The notes: generated by a model not told the origin, from the letters alone. A stretch of DNA of 64,000 nucleotides from an uncultured Gammaproteobacteria bacterium (GCA_964459095.1 CAYWKL010000001.1:21253-85252), one strand, 5' to 3'; counted from the stretch's first letter, positions 1-9,401 are shown. Numbers and translations are program-made.

Positions 1-1
1 T

Positions 2-832
2 GCCTCAATTGACGAAATAAATGAGGAAGCAAACCCTGATTATGCTGTAGCAAATTTTGCCTGGGCAACAAGAGGATTTTACTGGTGGATGAACAGTTTA
101 CCTGAGGATTTTTTAAGATTTAATTTCCAAAAACCTATTGGTGTGCTTGAGTTTTCTTATCCAGCAATTGCTTTGCGGGAAATTGAACCATACTCTATAT
201 TTCCTGTTTTTAATACCTGGACTGCTCCGGATACAGACTTTATCGTAATTAAGGTTCCTAAGTTTAGGGTTTTAGATAAACAGGAGATTACAAAGTATGA
301 TTTCAGATCAAATACAAATAATTGGACTACGGAAGGATTATACTGGGAAGAAAATACTATTCTCTCATCTGAAGACGAAGGTCTAATAGTGGATAAACAA
401 TCGTCTAGACTGCCTAGTCCCAGATGGCAATCATCACCTGTAGATATTGATGGATGGAGGGGCTTTGAAATAGAATTCACAACAATAACAGAAACGGACT
501 CAGAAAAAATTAAAGGCGGATTTGTTTATGTAAATTTCTATAAAAGCCAAGAAGATGCGAAGCAGTCTAAAAACAGGATAGGGGTAAGAGTGAGTTCCAG
601 GACTAACGTGCCAAATATTTGGCTTAATAAATCATTGATTGGGACAGTGCCAAAAGATGCTAGATATATGACTATTGCTTTTTATGCATATGAAACATCA
701 ACTTCTAAAAGCATTTTACAGACATTAACTTTATATAAAGCGGATGTTGAGGTAGATTTGGGAGGAGTTAAAGTTACACCAATTCATATCGATCAAAATA
801 ATTTATTCCCCAACAGCCATGGGAACTTATAA
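2..832 (+). CDS. Hypothetical protein, 5'-partial. The reading frame is open back to the window edge.
   Basis: The ORF track gives 89..832. The same frame has no stop from nt 2, so the gene probably starts upstream of the window. I recognise no motifs. Confidence 0.45.
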   Translation, partial: ASIDEINEEANPDYAVANFAWATRGFYWWMNSLPEDFLRFNFQKPIGVLEFSYPAIALREIEPYSIFPVFNTWTAPDTDFIVIKVPKFRVLDKQEITKYDFRSNTNNWTTEGLYWEENTILSSEDEGLIVDKQSSRLPSPRWQSSPVDIDGWRGFEIEFTTITETDSEKIKGGFVYVNFYKSQEDAKQSKNRIGVRVSSRTNVPNIWLNKSLIGTVPKDARYMTIAFYAYETSTSKSILQTLTLYKADVEVDLGGVKVTPIHIDQNNLFPNSHGNL

Positions 833-855
833 ATTTTTTTGATAGAATAATCGAT

Positions 856-1860
856 ATGAAAAGATTAGCTCTTATAGGCTATGGGTATTGGGGACCTAAT
901 ATCTTAAGAAATTTATTTGATACTCCAAATACTGAAGTTGTTTATTTAGCTGATTTGTCAAAAGATAGACTTAATTTAGCAAAAAAAAGATACCCTTCAA
1001 TTAAAACAACTGAAAATATTGATTTAATTCTGAATGATCCTTCAATTGACGGAGTAATAATTGCAACACCTACAAAAACTCATTTTTCACTCGGACAAAA
1101 GTTTTTAAATCTAGGAAAAAATATTTTAATAGAAAAACCAATGACCCAAAATTTGGAAGAAGCAATTAACTTAGTTAGGCTTTCCAAAAAAAAGAAAAAA
1201 TTGCTTATGGTAGATCACACGTTTTTATTTAACGATGCAGTTATAAAAATCAAGGATTTAATTGATAAAGGAGAGTTAGGAAATATTTTATATATAGACT
1301 CAGTTAGGGCTAACCTTGGGCTTTTTCAAACAGATGTTAATGTAATCTATGATCTCGCTTCACATGATTTTTCAATAATTCAATATTTTCTTGAATCTAA
1401 ACCCAAATCAATAAAAGCAACAGGCGCATCCCATTACAGCAAACAGGAAGATGTTGCATACATTAGCGCAAAGTACCCAAATAATATAATGGCACATGTT
1501 CATGTAAGTTGGCTTTCTCCTTTAAAAATAAGAAGAATGATGATAATAGGAACAAAAAAAATGATAGTTTATGATGACACCGAAACTGCTGAAAAAATAA
1601 GAGTTTATGATAAAGGGATTATTATGGATTTAAATAGTGCATTAGCTGAGCAAATAAAGATTGGATACAGGTCTGGGGATGCTTGGTTACCGAAAGTAAA
1701 CATAATAGAACCATTAAGTCTAATGCTTGAAGAATTTGTTAGAGGTATAGAAAAGAAAAAGGGAGAAGTTAAAAGTTCCGGGAACTTTGCCTTAAGCGTG
1801 ATGGAAACTCTTGACGGCGCTACTAAATCCGTTAGAACAGGAAGAAAGGTAAATCTATAA
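856..1860 (+). CDS. Gfo/Idh/MocA-family NAD(P)-dependent oxidoreductase (WbpB/GnnA-like sugar-nucleotide 3-dehydrogenase)
   Basis: N-terminal Rossmann motif 'LALIGYGYWGPN'. Has the family's conserved 'EKP' motif ('ILIEKPM'). Lies immediately upstream of an acetyltransferase and an aminotransferase. Confidence 0.75.
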   Translation: MKRLALIGYGYWGPNILRNLFDTPNTEVVYLADLSKDRLNLAKKRYPSIKTTENIDLILNDPSIDGVIIATPTKTHFSLGQKFLNLGKNILIEKPMTQNLEEAINLVRLSKKKKKLLMVDHTFLFNDAVIKIKDLIDKGELGNILYIDSVRANLGLFQTDVNVIYDLASHDFSIIQYFLESKPKSIKATGASHYSKQEDVAYISAKYPNNIMAHVHVSWLSPLKIRRMMIIGTKKMIVYDDTETAEKIRVYDKGIIMDLNSALAEQIKIGYRSGDAWLPKVNIIEPLSLMLEEFVRGIEKKKGEVKSSGNFALSVMETLDGATKSVRTGRKVNL

Positions 1861-2330
1861 TGCCTGTTTCAAAAGATACAAAACTTGGAAAAAATGTAAA
1901 AATTTTCCATAAAGATTTAGTGAATATTTACGGATGCCAGATTGGTGATAATAGCATTATTGGTGCTTTTGTAGAAATTAAACCCACTGCTAAAATTGGA
2001 AAAAATGTAAAAATTCAAGCAGGAGCATTTATCCCTGAAGGTGTAATTATAGAAGACGGAGTTTTTATTGGACCCCATGTTGTTTTTACTAATGATCTTT
2101 ATCCAAGGGCTATTAATGAGGATGGGACTTTAAAGAAATCAAAAGATTGGCAGATAACTCCAACTTTTGTTAAAAAGGGTGCATCAATTGGTGCTAATGC
2201 AACTATACTTTGTGGAATAACAATTGGAGAAAAAGCAATGATTGGAGTAGGAGCTGTTGTGACAAAAAGTATCCCTGATAAAGCAATTGCTATTGGAAAC
2301 CCTGCAAAAATTAAAAGATATCTTAAATAA
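1860..2330 (+). CDS. Left-handed beta-helix (hexapeptide-repeat) N-acetyltransferase, WbpD/WlbB/PglD-like
   Basis: Repeated [LIV]-G-x-x-x-x hexapeptides ('IGDNSIIGAFVEI', 'IGKNVKIQAGAFI', 'IGANATILCGITIGEKAMIGVGAVV'). 156 aa. Its start shares 1 nt with the upstream stop (TAATG). Confidence 0.7.
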   Translation: MPVSKDTKLGKNVKIFHKDLVNIYGCQIGDNSIIGAFVEIKPTAKIGKNVKIQAGAFIPEGVIIEDGVFIGPHVVFTNDLYPRAINEDGTLKKSKDWQITPTFVKKGASIGANATILCGITIGEKAMIGVGAVVTKSIPDKAIAIGNPAKIKRYLK

Positions 2331-2332
2331 AT

Positions 2333-3439
2333 ATGCACATCCCCCTAGTAGACTTGAAATCTCAATACAAGGATATAGAAAGCTCAGTTAATAAAGAGGT
2401 ATTAAAAGTTTTAAGAGAAGGAGATTTCATTTTAGGTAAAAGTGTAGATAAGTTTGAAAAGAAATTTGCTGATTATATTGGGGTTAAATATTGTATTGGG
2501 GTGGCATCTGGGACTGACGCCCTACTTTTATCTCTAAAAGCTCTAGGTGTAGGCAAAGGAGATGAGGTAATTACAGTTCCAAATACTTTTATCGCTACAG
2601 TTTTTCCAATCATTCTCCTTGGGGCAAGGCCAGTTTTTGTGGACATAGATCCTAAAACTTATCAAATTGATACAGAAAAACTAAAGGAGACAGTCACTAA
2701 AAAAACAAAGGTAATTTTACCAGTACATTTATTTGGAATTCCTGCAAACATGAAAGAGATATTAAGTCTTGCAAGAAGTTCCAATATTTCTGTACTCGAG
2801 GATACTGCTCAAGCACATGGAAGTTCTATAGAAAGCAAAAAATGCGGATCATTTGGTGATATTTCTGCCTTTTCATTTTATCCAGGCAAAAATTTAGGCG
2901 CAGCAGGAGATGGCGGAGCTGTTGTCACAAATAGTGCAAGGCTTGCAAATCTAATAAAAAGTATGCGCAATATTGGGCAATCAAAAAAATATAAGCATGA
3001 TATTTTTGGGTTTAATAGCCGCCTTGACTCTCTGCAGGCAGCCGTACTTTTAGTAAAACTAAAACTTCTTGACAAGTGGAATACTAAAAGAAGAAGCCTT
3101 GCAAATAAGTATAAGCAGTTACTTAAAGATTTACCAATTATTTTACCACCGGATCTTCCTACTGGATTTTTAGAAAACTTTCATTTATATATAATCCGAA
3201 CAAAAAAAAGAGAAAAATTAATGGATTATTTAAAATCAAAAAAAGTTTTTTGCGGAATACATTATCCTATTCCAGTACATCTACAAAAATCACTGAAATA
3301 CTTAGGGTTTAAAAAGGGGGATTTCCCTATTACTGAAAAATATGCAAACGAAGTGCTCTCGCTTCCAATTTTTCCACAAATGAGTGAGGAGCAGGTATTT
3401 AGAGTTTCATCACTTATTCACAAATTTTTTAAAAAATGA
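2333..3439 (+). CDS. DegT/DnrJ/EryC1/StrS-family PLP-dependent sugar aminotransferase (WbpE-like)
   Basis: N-terminal 'IPLVDLKSQY'. 'GVASGTDALLLSLKALGVGKGDEVITVPNTFIAT'. Typical length of 368 aa. Confidence 0.85.
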   Translation: MHIPLVDLKSQYKDIESSVNKEVLKVLREGDFILGKSVDKFEKKFADYIGVKYCIGVASGTDALLLSLKALGVGKGDEVITVPNTFIATVFPIILLGARPVFVDIDPKTYQIDTEKLKETVTKKTKVILPVHLFGIPANMKEILSLARSSNISVLEDTAQAHGSSIESKKCGSFGDISAFSFYPGKNLGAAGDGGAVVTNSARLANLIKSMRNIGQSKKYKHDIFGFNSRLDSLQAAVLLVKLKLLDKWNTKRRSLANKYKQLLKDLPIILPPDLPTGFLENFHLYIIRTKKREKLMDYLKSKKVFCGIHYPIPVHLQKSLKYLGFKKGDFPITEKYANEVLSLPIFPQMSEEQVFRVSSLIHKFFKK

Positions 3440-4395
3440 GTAGTTTAAAAATTGTAGTTACAGGTGGGGCAGGTTTAATTGGATCTTGGGTAGTTGATTA
3501 TCTCCTATCAGATAAAGATCTTAAAGTAAAAGAAATTGTTGTTTTAGACAATTTTTTTAGGGGAACAAGAGCTAATTTAAGAGAAGTTTTAAAAAATAAA
3601 AAGGTAAAGGTAGTTAAGGGTGATATCAGAGATATAAGTCTTGTAAATAAAGTAATAAAAAACGCAGATTTTGTAATACATGAAGCAGCAATAAGAATCA
3701 CTCAATGTGCTGAAAATCCAAGAGAGTGTAATGAAGTATTGGTTGACGGGACTTTTAACATTTTAGAAGCTTGTGTTAAACAAAAGGTAAAAAAACTAAT
3801 TTTTAACTCTTCTGCTTCTGTTTATGGAGACCCCTCATATCTTCCAATGGATGAGGATCACCCATACAATAATTTAACAGCCTATGGAGCTGGAAAAATT
3901 GCAAATGAACATATGGCAAAAGCTTTTAGAAAAATGTATGGATTAAATTATATGTGTCTGCGCCCTTTTAATGTATACGGACCAAGAATGGATATTTACG
4001 GCGCATATACAGAAGTTTTAATAAGGTGGCTTGATAGAATAGATGAAGGGCTTCCGCCAGTTATTCATGGCGATGGCAAACAATCAATGGATTTTGTGTA
4101 TGTTGAAGACGTTGCTAAAGCCACAATGTTAGCGTTAAAGTCCAAGATTAATGAAGGTGTTTATAATGTAGGGACTGGAAAAGAAACTGATCTTAGAACT
4201 TTATTAAATTTGCTTTTAAAGGTAAATAAATCAAAGTTAAAACCTATTTTTGAAAAGCAAAGAACTGCAACTCATGTTTCAAGAAGAAGAGCTGATATAA
4301 AAAAAGCAAAAAAGGATTTAGGGTTTGTTGCTAAAACATCTGTTAAGGAGGGTTTAAAAAAGTTAATTGAATGGAAAAAAGAAAGCGTCTTGTAA
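3436..4395 (+). CDS. NAD-dependent epimerase/dehydratase (extended SDR)
   Basis: 'VTGGAGLIGSW' GxxGxxG motif. 'YGAGK' (YxxxK) catalytic motif. 319 aa. Has a 4-nt ATGA overlap with the upstream gene. Confidence 0.8.
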   Translation: MSSLKIVVTGGAGLIGSWVVDYLLSDKDLKVKEIVVLDNFFRGTRANLREVLKNKKVKVVKGDIRDISLVNKVIKNADFVIHEAAIRITQCAENPRECNEVLVDGTFNILEACVKQKVKKLIFNSSASVYGDPSYLPMDEDHPYNNLTAYGAGKIANEHMAKAFRKMYGLNYMCLRPFNVYGPRMDIYGAYTEVLIRWLDRIDEGLPPVIHGDGKQSMDFVYVEDVAKATMLALKSKINEGVYNVGTGKETDLRTLLNLLLKVNKSKLKPIFEKQRTATHVSRRRADIKKAKKDLGFVAKTSVKEGLKKLIEWKKESVL

Positions 4396-4399
4396 AACC

Positions 4400-5524
4400 A
4401 TGAATATCCCCTTAACAAAACCCTACTTCAGCAAAGATGAAGAAGATGCAGTCATTAAGACCCTTAGGTCTGGCTGGGTTACGCAGGGTCCAAAAGTAGA
4501 GGAATTTGAGAATTTGGTAGCAAAATATACAGGAGCTAAGTATGCTAGCGCTGTTTCATCGGCCACAACTGGACTCTTTTTATCCCTTTATGCATTAGGT
4601 GTAGATCCTGGGGATGAGGTAATTGTTCCTTCTTTTACTTTTATTGCCTGTGCAAATGTAATTGTGCACTTAGGAGGACAACCAGTATTTGTTGATATAG
4701 ATTCTGAAACATATAATCTTAGTCCAGCTCTGGTTGAGAAGAAAGTTACTAAAAAAACTAAAGCAATAATTGCTGTAGATCAAATAGGACTTCCTTGTAA
4801 TATAAAAGAAATTTTAAAAATTGCTAGAAGAAATAATATTCATATTGTTGAAGATGCAGCATGTGCCATTGGAAGCAAGGTTAATGGAAAAATGGTGGGC
4901 AGTTTAGGACATTTAACAGTTTTTAGTTTTCATCCAAGAAAATCAATAACAACTGGTGATGGGGGAGTAATAGTAACAAACAATAAATCCTTAGATAAAA
5001 AGCTAAAGATGTTGAGGCAACACGGAATGTCTGTTTCTGACGTTAAAAGGCATAAATCAAACAAAGTAATTAAAGAATCTTACCGGTTTGTTGGTTTTAA
5101 TTTCAGAATGACAGACCTTCAAGCTGCAGTTGGAGTAGAGCAAATGAAAAAGCTTCCTGAAATACTTAAAAAAAGAAGACTTTTAGCAGAACGTTATACT
5201 AATGCATTTAAAAATAAAAAAAATATAATCACTCCTTTTGTTCCCAAGGGTTTTGTTCACAATTATCAATCTTATATGATTAGATTAAATACTAAAAAAG
5301 TAAGTGTTGCTGCTTTGAGGCAAAGACTATTAAATTTAGGAGTTAATACCAGGTTTGGAATTATGGCTTCTCACCTAGAACCTGCATATACAAAAATGAT
5401 GGGGAAAATTTCTTTACCTGAAACAGAAAAAGCAACAAGGCAAACTTTGATTTTACCCCTCTATTATCATATGACAAAAGAGCAACAAGAATTTGTCATT
5501 GATGAGATTTTAAAGGCAACTTAA
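4400..5524 (+). CDS. DegT/DnrJ/EryC1/StrS-family sugar aminotransferase (second copy)
   Basis: 'MNIPLTKPYF…', 'VSSATTGLFLSLYALGVDPGDEVIVPSFTFIACANV'. The longest ORF starts at 4367 and overlaps the upstream gene. The ATG at 4400 fits the family's N-terminus better. Confidence 0.85.
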   Translation: MNIPLTKPYFSKDEEDAVIKTLRSGWVTQGPKVEEFENLVAKYTGAKYASAVSSATTGLFLSLYALGVDPGDEVIVPSFTFIACANVIVHLGGQPVFVDIDSETYNLSPALVEKKVTKKTKAIIAVDQIGLPCNIKEILKIARRNNIHIVEDAACAIGSKVNGKMVGSLGHLTVFSFHPRKSITTGDGGVIVTNNKSLDKKLKMLRQHGMSVSDVKRHKSNKVIKESYRFVGFNFRMTDLQAAVGVEQMKKLPEILKKRRLLAERYTNAFKNKKNIITPFVPKGFVHNYQSYMIRLNTKKVSVAALRQRLLNLGVNTRFGIMASHLEPAYTKMMGKISLPETEKATRQTLILPLYYHMTKEQQEFVIDEILKAT

Positions 5525-5531
5525 AAAATAA

Positions 5532-6653
5532 ATGGAAGATTTTGAGCACGGAATTCCTGACAATCCCTATAATAAGCATGCTTGGATACTGGGCAACCCT
5601 GAGATAGGGGAGGGTGTTTGGATAGGAGCCTTTTGTTTAATTGATGCTCTGCATTCACACTTAAAAATAGGGAAATGGTGTGATATTTCAAGCGGTGCAC
5701 AAATAATCACTCACTCAACTGTAAGAAGGTGCATATCTGAAAGAAAACTAAACTTTATTGATAAAGCACCAGTAGAGATTGGCGATTATTGCTTTATAGG
5801 GACAAATGCGGTAATTTTAATGGGAACAAAAATTGGCCACCACTCTGTTATAGCTGCAGGAGCGCTAGTAGAGGAAGATTCAAATATCCCCCCTTATTCT
5901 TTGGTTGCAGGCGTTCCTGCAAGAGTAATTGGGTCAAGCAGAAAGTACCTCAAAAATCTACCAATGGAGTCAGTGTCAGTTGTTATCCCTGCCTATAACG
6001 AGGAAGAAACAATAGAGGAGGTTGTCAAAGATGCCCTTAAAAATTTATCAATACTTGTAAAAGATTATGCGGTTGTCTTAGTTGATGATGGATCAAAAGA
6101 TAAAACAGGAAAAATTATTGATCAATTATCAAAGAAAAATAAGAAAGTAAGGGCTATTCATCACAAGAAAAATCAAGGATTTACAGGGGCCATAAAAACT
6201 AGTTTAAAATCTGGGACGAAAGATTTAATTTTTTTAGCTCCTGCTGATGGACAATTCAATTTTAAGGAACTAGGTGCTTTTATAAAAGCTATTAATGGAT
6301 ATGATTGTGCGGTTGGATACAGAATTAAAAACGAGGAGACTTTTATAAGAAAATTTAACTCCAAAGGCTTCCATTTGCTATCAAGAATTTTGCTAAATAT
6401 AAATTTAAAAGAGATTTCAACAGTATCAATGTGGAGAAAGACTATGATAGATTCATTAACAATAGATTCTAGCCAAGGGAGTGCAATGCTTCTACCTGAA
6501 ATTATAAGTAAGGCTATAAAAAGGGGGTTTAAATTTACTGAAGTACCTATTCACTGGTACGAGCGAAAAGGTGGGAAATCAAAAGGAGCTAATCCAATAG
6601 TTATAGTTAAAACATTTATAGAAATGCTTCGGTTGTCAATAAAGAATTTATAA
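5532..6653 (+). CDS. Two-domain fusion: an N-terminal hexapeptide acyltransferase (~aa 1-135) joined to a C-terminal GT2 DPM1/ArnC/GtrB-like polyprenyl-phosphate glycosyltransferase
   Basis: N-terminal hexapeptide repeats ('IGEGVWIGAFCLI', 'IGDYCFIGTNAVILMGTKIGHHSVIAAGALV', 'VAGVPARVIG'). Then 'VSVVIPAYNEEETIEEVV…VLVDDGSKDKT…HHKKNQGFTGA' in one uninterrupted ORF. Confidence 0.65.
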   Translation: MEDFEHGIPDNPYNKHAWILGNPEIGEGVWIGAFCLIDALHSHLKIGKWCDISSGAQIITHSTVRRCISERKLNFIDKAPVEIGDYCFIGTNAVILMGTKIGHHSVIAAGALVEEDSNIPPYSLVAGVPARVIGSSRKYLKNLPMESVSVVIPAYNEEETIEEVVKDALKNLSILVKDYAVVLVDDGSKDKTGKIIDQLSKKNKKVRAIHHKKNQGFTGAIKTSLKSGTKDLIFLAPADGQFNFKELGAFIKAINGYDCAVGYRIKNEETFIRKFNSKGFHLLSRILLNINLKEISTVSMWRKTMIDSLTIDSSQGSAMLLPEIISKAIKRGFKFTEVPIHWYERKGGKSKGANPIVIVKTFIEMLRLSIKNL

Positions 6654-6665
6654 ATAAGTTAATAC

Positions 6666-9401
6666 ATGCTAAGAAAATTTAGCTCAAAAATCTTTAAGTT
6701 CATAAATAATCATTTCTCACTTTTTTTATTGGCTGTAGTGTTTATCTCTTTAGGACAAATGATTTTTATGGATGTGTGGCAGGATGACCAAGCCCTTTTT
6801 TTTAAATTGGCCCACATAAATGAGCCAGCGGGATTCTTTGGGGATGGACCGTTTGGTGCAGGGCCCTATCGATATGCTGCTACCCCATTTATTCCGATTT
6901 ACCACTTCTTTAAATTTAACACTTACGCCTATTTTGCTTTTATGCTCACTTTATACGGTCTTGCAACCATTGCTTTATATAAAACTTTTAAACTTATTTT
7001 AGGAGATACTGCTGGAAAAGTTTCGGGATTCTTATTTGCAGCAGGGTACATAACTTCTGATGGCGCTTACAGAATGGCAAATAGTGTAACTACTAGTTTC
7101 TCAGTTATATTTGTGTCTTTAATTCTCTATTCTTACTGGAAATATTTAAGAAAAAGAGGAACTGTTTGGTATATTCTTGCACTTATCTTTTTCTTTCTAT
7201 CTCAAGAACTGGCTATTACAAGGATGCATTATTTTTTTGCAGTAATAATTATATTTGAGATTATTTTTTTTATCTGGGGGAGTTCAATCAAAAAAATATC
7301 CTTTGTAATTTTAAGATTAATCCCATTTTTTATAGTTTTTTATCATTACATGATTTCTGGTGGAGATCCACGAGTTGGAGAGTCTTCAAGTTATTTTTTT
7401 GCATTTCTAAACAATAAATTCTATTTATATTATGGATTTTTTGCATCCCTAGCTAATTTAATAATTCCTGACTGGCTACTTAAACCTATTTTCAATTTTT
7501 TATCTCAAGGCTCTAATTTAGGACTTTCAAATATTTCAAGATTAACACTTATTTTCTTGGTGCTTTTTTCTGCAACTGCTATTTTTTTTATTTTTAAAAA
7601 GAGTTTGAAGATTAAGATAACTTCATTTATCTTAATTATAAGTTGGCTCCTTTGGGCTAAAAACATTTTTAACACTCCTTTTTTAAGTCTTTCACCTTCT
7701 GATTTTTTTTCAGCTTATATAGGCGGAATAATATTAATAATTTATAGCTTAGGTATTTTTTACTTTGAGAGGTTTAAAAAAATTCTCATTTTTCTAGGAT
7801 TTTGGCTTGTGGGAAATATCATTGCATACTCAGCTTACTTCCCAACAGTTGCGTATGAAACAACTAACAGATATTTAACACATTCATTTCTGCCATTAGT
7901 AGCTATATACGGATTAATATTTAGCATTTGCATAAAAAAGAAGGGTTTTACTAAATATATAGCTTATTTAATTATGGTGATTGCCTTTCTTAATATTTTC
8001 GCTTCAATTCAATATCAGCAAAATATCCTAATTAGCAGAAGCTTTAAAACCAAGAGTTTTTATAGCCAGCTAAAAACTTTGCTCCCTGAAATAAAAAAGG
8101 GTGACATTATATTCTTTGATCTTGCTGATTCAAACCAAGGGATATATAAAGATGCTATCTCTGCCGCGATGATGCCCGATACTACCTCGTTTGCATGGAG
8201 ATATGGGATTGATAGGTATGATTTTAAGTTAACAAATGATTTCAATGAGTTATTAAAAATATTCTCTGATGAGAAAAAAAATCCCCAGCAAGTCCACTCT
8301 TTTTGGTTTTCAGGTAAAGACTTAGTTTCAACTTCCAAAGATGTAAGAAAATACTTACAGGGATCTCTAAATGTAGAAAAAGATATTGATCTTAACTTAA
8401 CATCAAATGCTCAATTAGAAAATAAAAACGACTCAACTTTATATAGTCAAGAAGATATTAAAATTGATTTTGAAGACCCAATTAAAAATTTGGTTCCATT
8501 AACTTTAAGTTTAATTATAAAAGCTAATCCTTTAGACTTAAGAGATCTGAAATTTCCACTAATAAACACTGCTTTAAATGAACCAACAAAAGTAAAATAT
8601 AGTTTGCTAGGTGTTAATGAAATTCTACATTTTTTTGAGTATCAAAAATTCAAGAATTCCTTCTATCAAAATTTAAAGTTAAAAACTTCAAGTAACTGGC
8701 AGGATAGAGTTTTAGAGAACTTGATGGATCAGGACTCATCTAGTGTTTGGCAATCTGATAGAGTTCTATGGAGGGATAACAGAGCTCTTGTAGAAATAGA
8801 ACTTCCGACCGAAAGTACGCTTAGTAAATTAGTTTGGGTAAATGGTTTTCCTAACAACACACCTATTTCCTATTCAATTGAAAGTTCCCTAGATGGAAAA
8901 AATTGGACTCAGGTATTAATAGTAAATAAAAATGAAAAAATAATTGACACAAGACCTCAAATAGTTAGTTTTAAACCTACAAAGGTAAAGCATATTCGTA
9001 TGGTTATAACAGCTACAATTGGAGGGGACTCCCCTAGCCTGTCAGAAATTTGGGTAGTTCCTTCAAGATTTAACGATTTGGAAATAGAAGAAGCTGAAAA
9101 TTATTTAACAAATCCCTTTCTGTATATCAGCGAAAAGAGCCATTTCTTCAACTTACTTAACTTAACCTCAAATACAGGCAAGACATCGCTTTATTGGAAA
9201 AATGATAAAAGTGAAGCTTTTCAAACAAGTAAAGATACACAAATTAATATAATCTATGATGGAATACCAAGAGTATACGAAACCCCTATTCCCGCAGGAG
9301 GATTAAACCTTTCAAGTATCATGTTATCGAATTTTACTATCCCCGGAGATATATCAATATTAAATATCAGCTCTTCAGTAAAGCCATTGAAAAAATTATG
9401 A
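6666..9401 (+). CDS. Large polytopic membrane protein (GT-C-like?) with a C-terminal F5/8-type-C (discoidin)-like carbohydrate-binding domain
   Basis: About 450 aa of hydrophobic helices with 'DVWQDDQ' near the N-terminus. The C-terminal domain 'SSSVWQSD…LVEIELPTESTLSKLVWVNGF…YSIESSLDGKNWTQ' matches the discoidin pattern. Confidence 0.55.
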   Translation: MLRKFSSKIFKFINNHFSLFLLAVVFISLGQMIFMDVWQDDQALFFKLAHINEPAGFFGDGPFGAGPYRYAATPFIPIYHFFKFNTYAYFAFMLTLYGLATIALYKTFKLILGDTAGKVSGFLFAAGYITSDGAYRMANSVTTSFSVIFVSLILYSYWKYLRKRGTVWYILALIFFFLSQELAITRMHYFFAVIIIFEIIFFIWGSSIKKISFVILRLIPFFIVFYHYMISGGDPRVGESSSYFFAFLNNKFYLYYGFFASLANLIIPDWLLKPIFNFLSQGSNLGLSNISRLTLIFLVLFSATAIFFIFKKSLKIKITSFILIISWLLWAKNIFNTPFLSLSPSDFFSAYIGGIILIIYSLGIFYFERFKKILIFLGFWLVGNIIAYSAYFPTVAYETTNRYLTHSFLPLVAIYGLIFSICIKKKGFTKYIAYLIMVIAFLNIFASIQYQQNILISRSFKTKSFYSQLKTLLPEIKKGDIIFFDLADSNQGIYKDAISAAMMPDTTSFAWRYGIDRYDFKLTNDFNELLKIFSDEKKNPQQVHSFWFSGKDLVSTSKDVRKYLQGSLNVEKDIDLNLTSNAQLENKNDSTLYSQEDIKIDFEDPIKNLVPLTLSLIIKANPLDLRDLKFPLINTALNEPTKVKYSLLGVNEILHFFEYQKFKNSFYQNLKLKTSSNWQDRVLENLMDQDSSSVWQSDRVLWRDNRALVEIELPTESTLSKLVWVNGFPNNTPISYSIESSLDGKNWTQVLIVNKNEKIIDTRPQIVSFKPTKVKHIRMVITATIGGDSPSLSEIWVVPSRFNDLEIEEAENYLTNPFLYISEKSHFFNLLNLTSNTGKTSLYWKNDKSEAFQTSKDTQINIIYDGIPRVYETPIPAGGLNLSSIMLSNFTIPGDISILNISSSVKPLKKL

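Noticed and set aside
157-480. Minus-strand 107-aa ORF, and many similar 60-105 aa ORFs in the six-frame track. Examples are 2099..2338, 2878..3075, 3498..3701, 5789..5998, 6173..6364, 8060..8338, 10226..10411, 10999..11262, 19006..19194, 23628..23945, 24963..25190, 31027..31221, 32045..32411, 34172..34399, 35285..35518, 41249..41452, 44694..45151, 47244..47465, 51712..51990, 53213..53437, 55507..55725, 57489..57716, 59705..59953 and 63771..63974.
   Set aside because: All lie entirely inside much longer ORFs with strong family motifs on the other strand or frame. Their low-complexity K/F/L-rich translations are the mirror image of AT-rich coding sequence. They are shadow ORFs.
1183-1205. A8-G-A6 tract encoding 'KKKKK' inside the oxidoreductase gene, and similar A8 runs (for example 975-990 and 20213-20230)
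   Set aside because: Homopolymer A/T runs of 6-8 nt are frequent throughout this AT-rich window. They sit in-frame without disrupting ORFs, so there is no evidence of a frameshift or pseudogene.
4367-4399. Longer start (4367) for the second DegT aminotransferase, giving an 'MNGKKKASCKT' extension
   Set aside because: It overlaps the upstream SDR gene by 29 nt. DegT-family proteins typically begin 'M-x-IPL/FxxP', matching the ATG at 4400.
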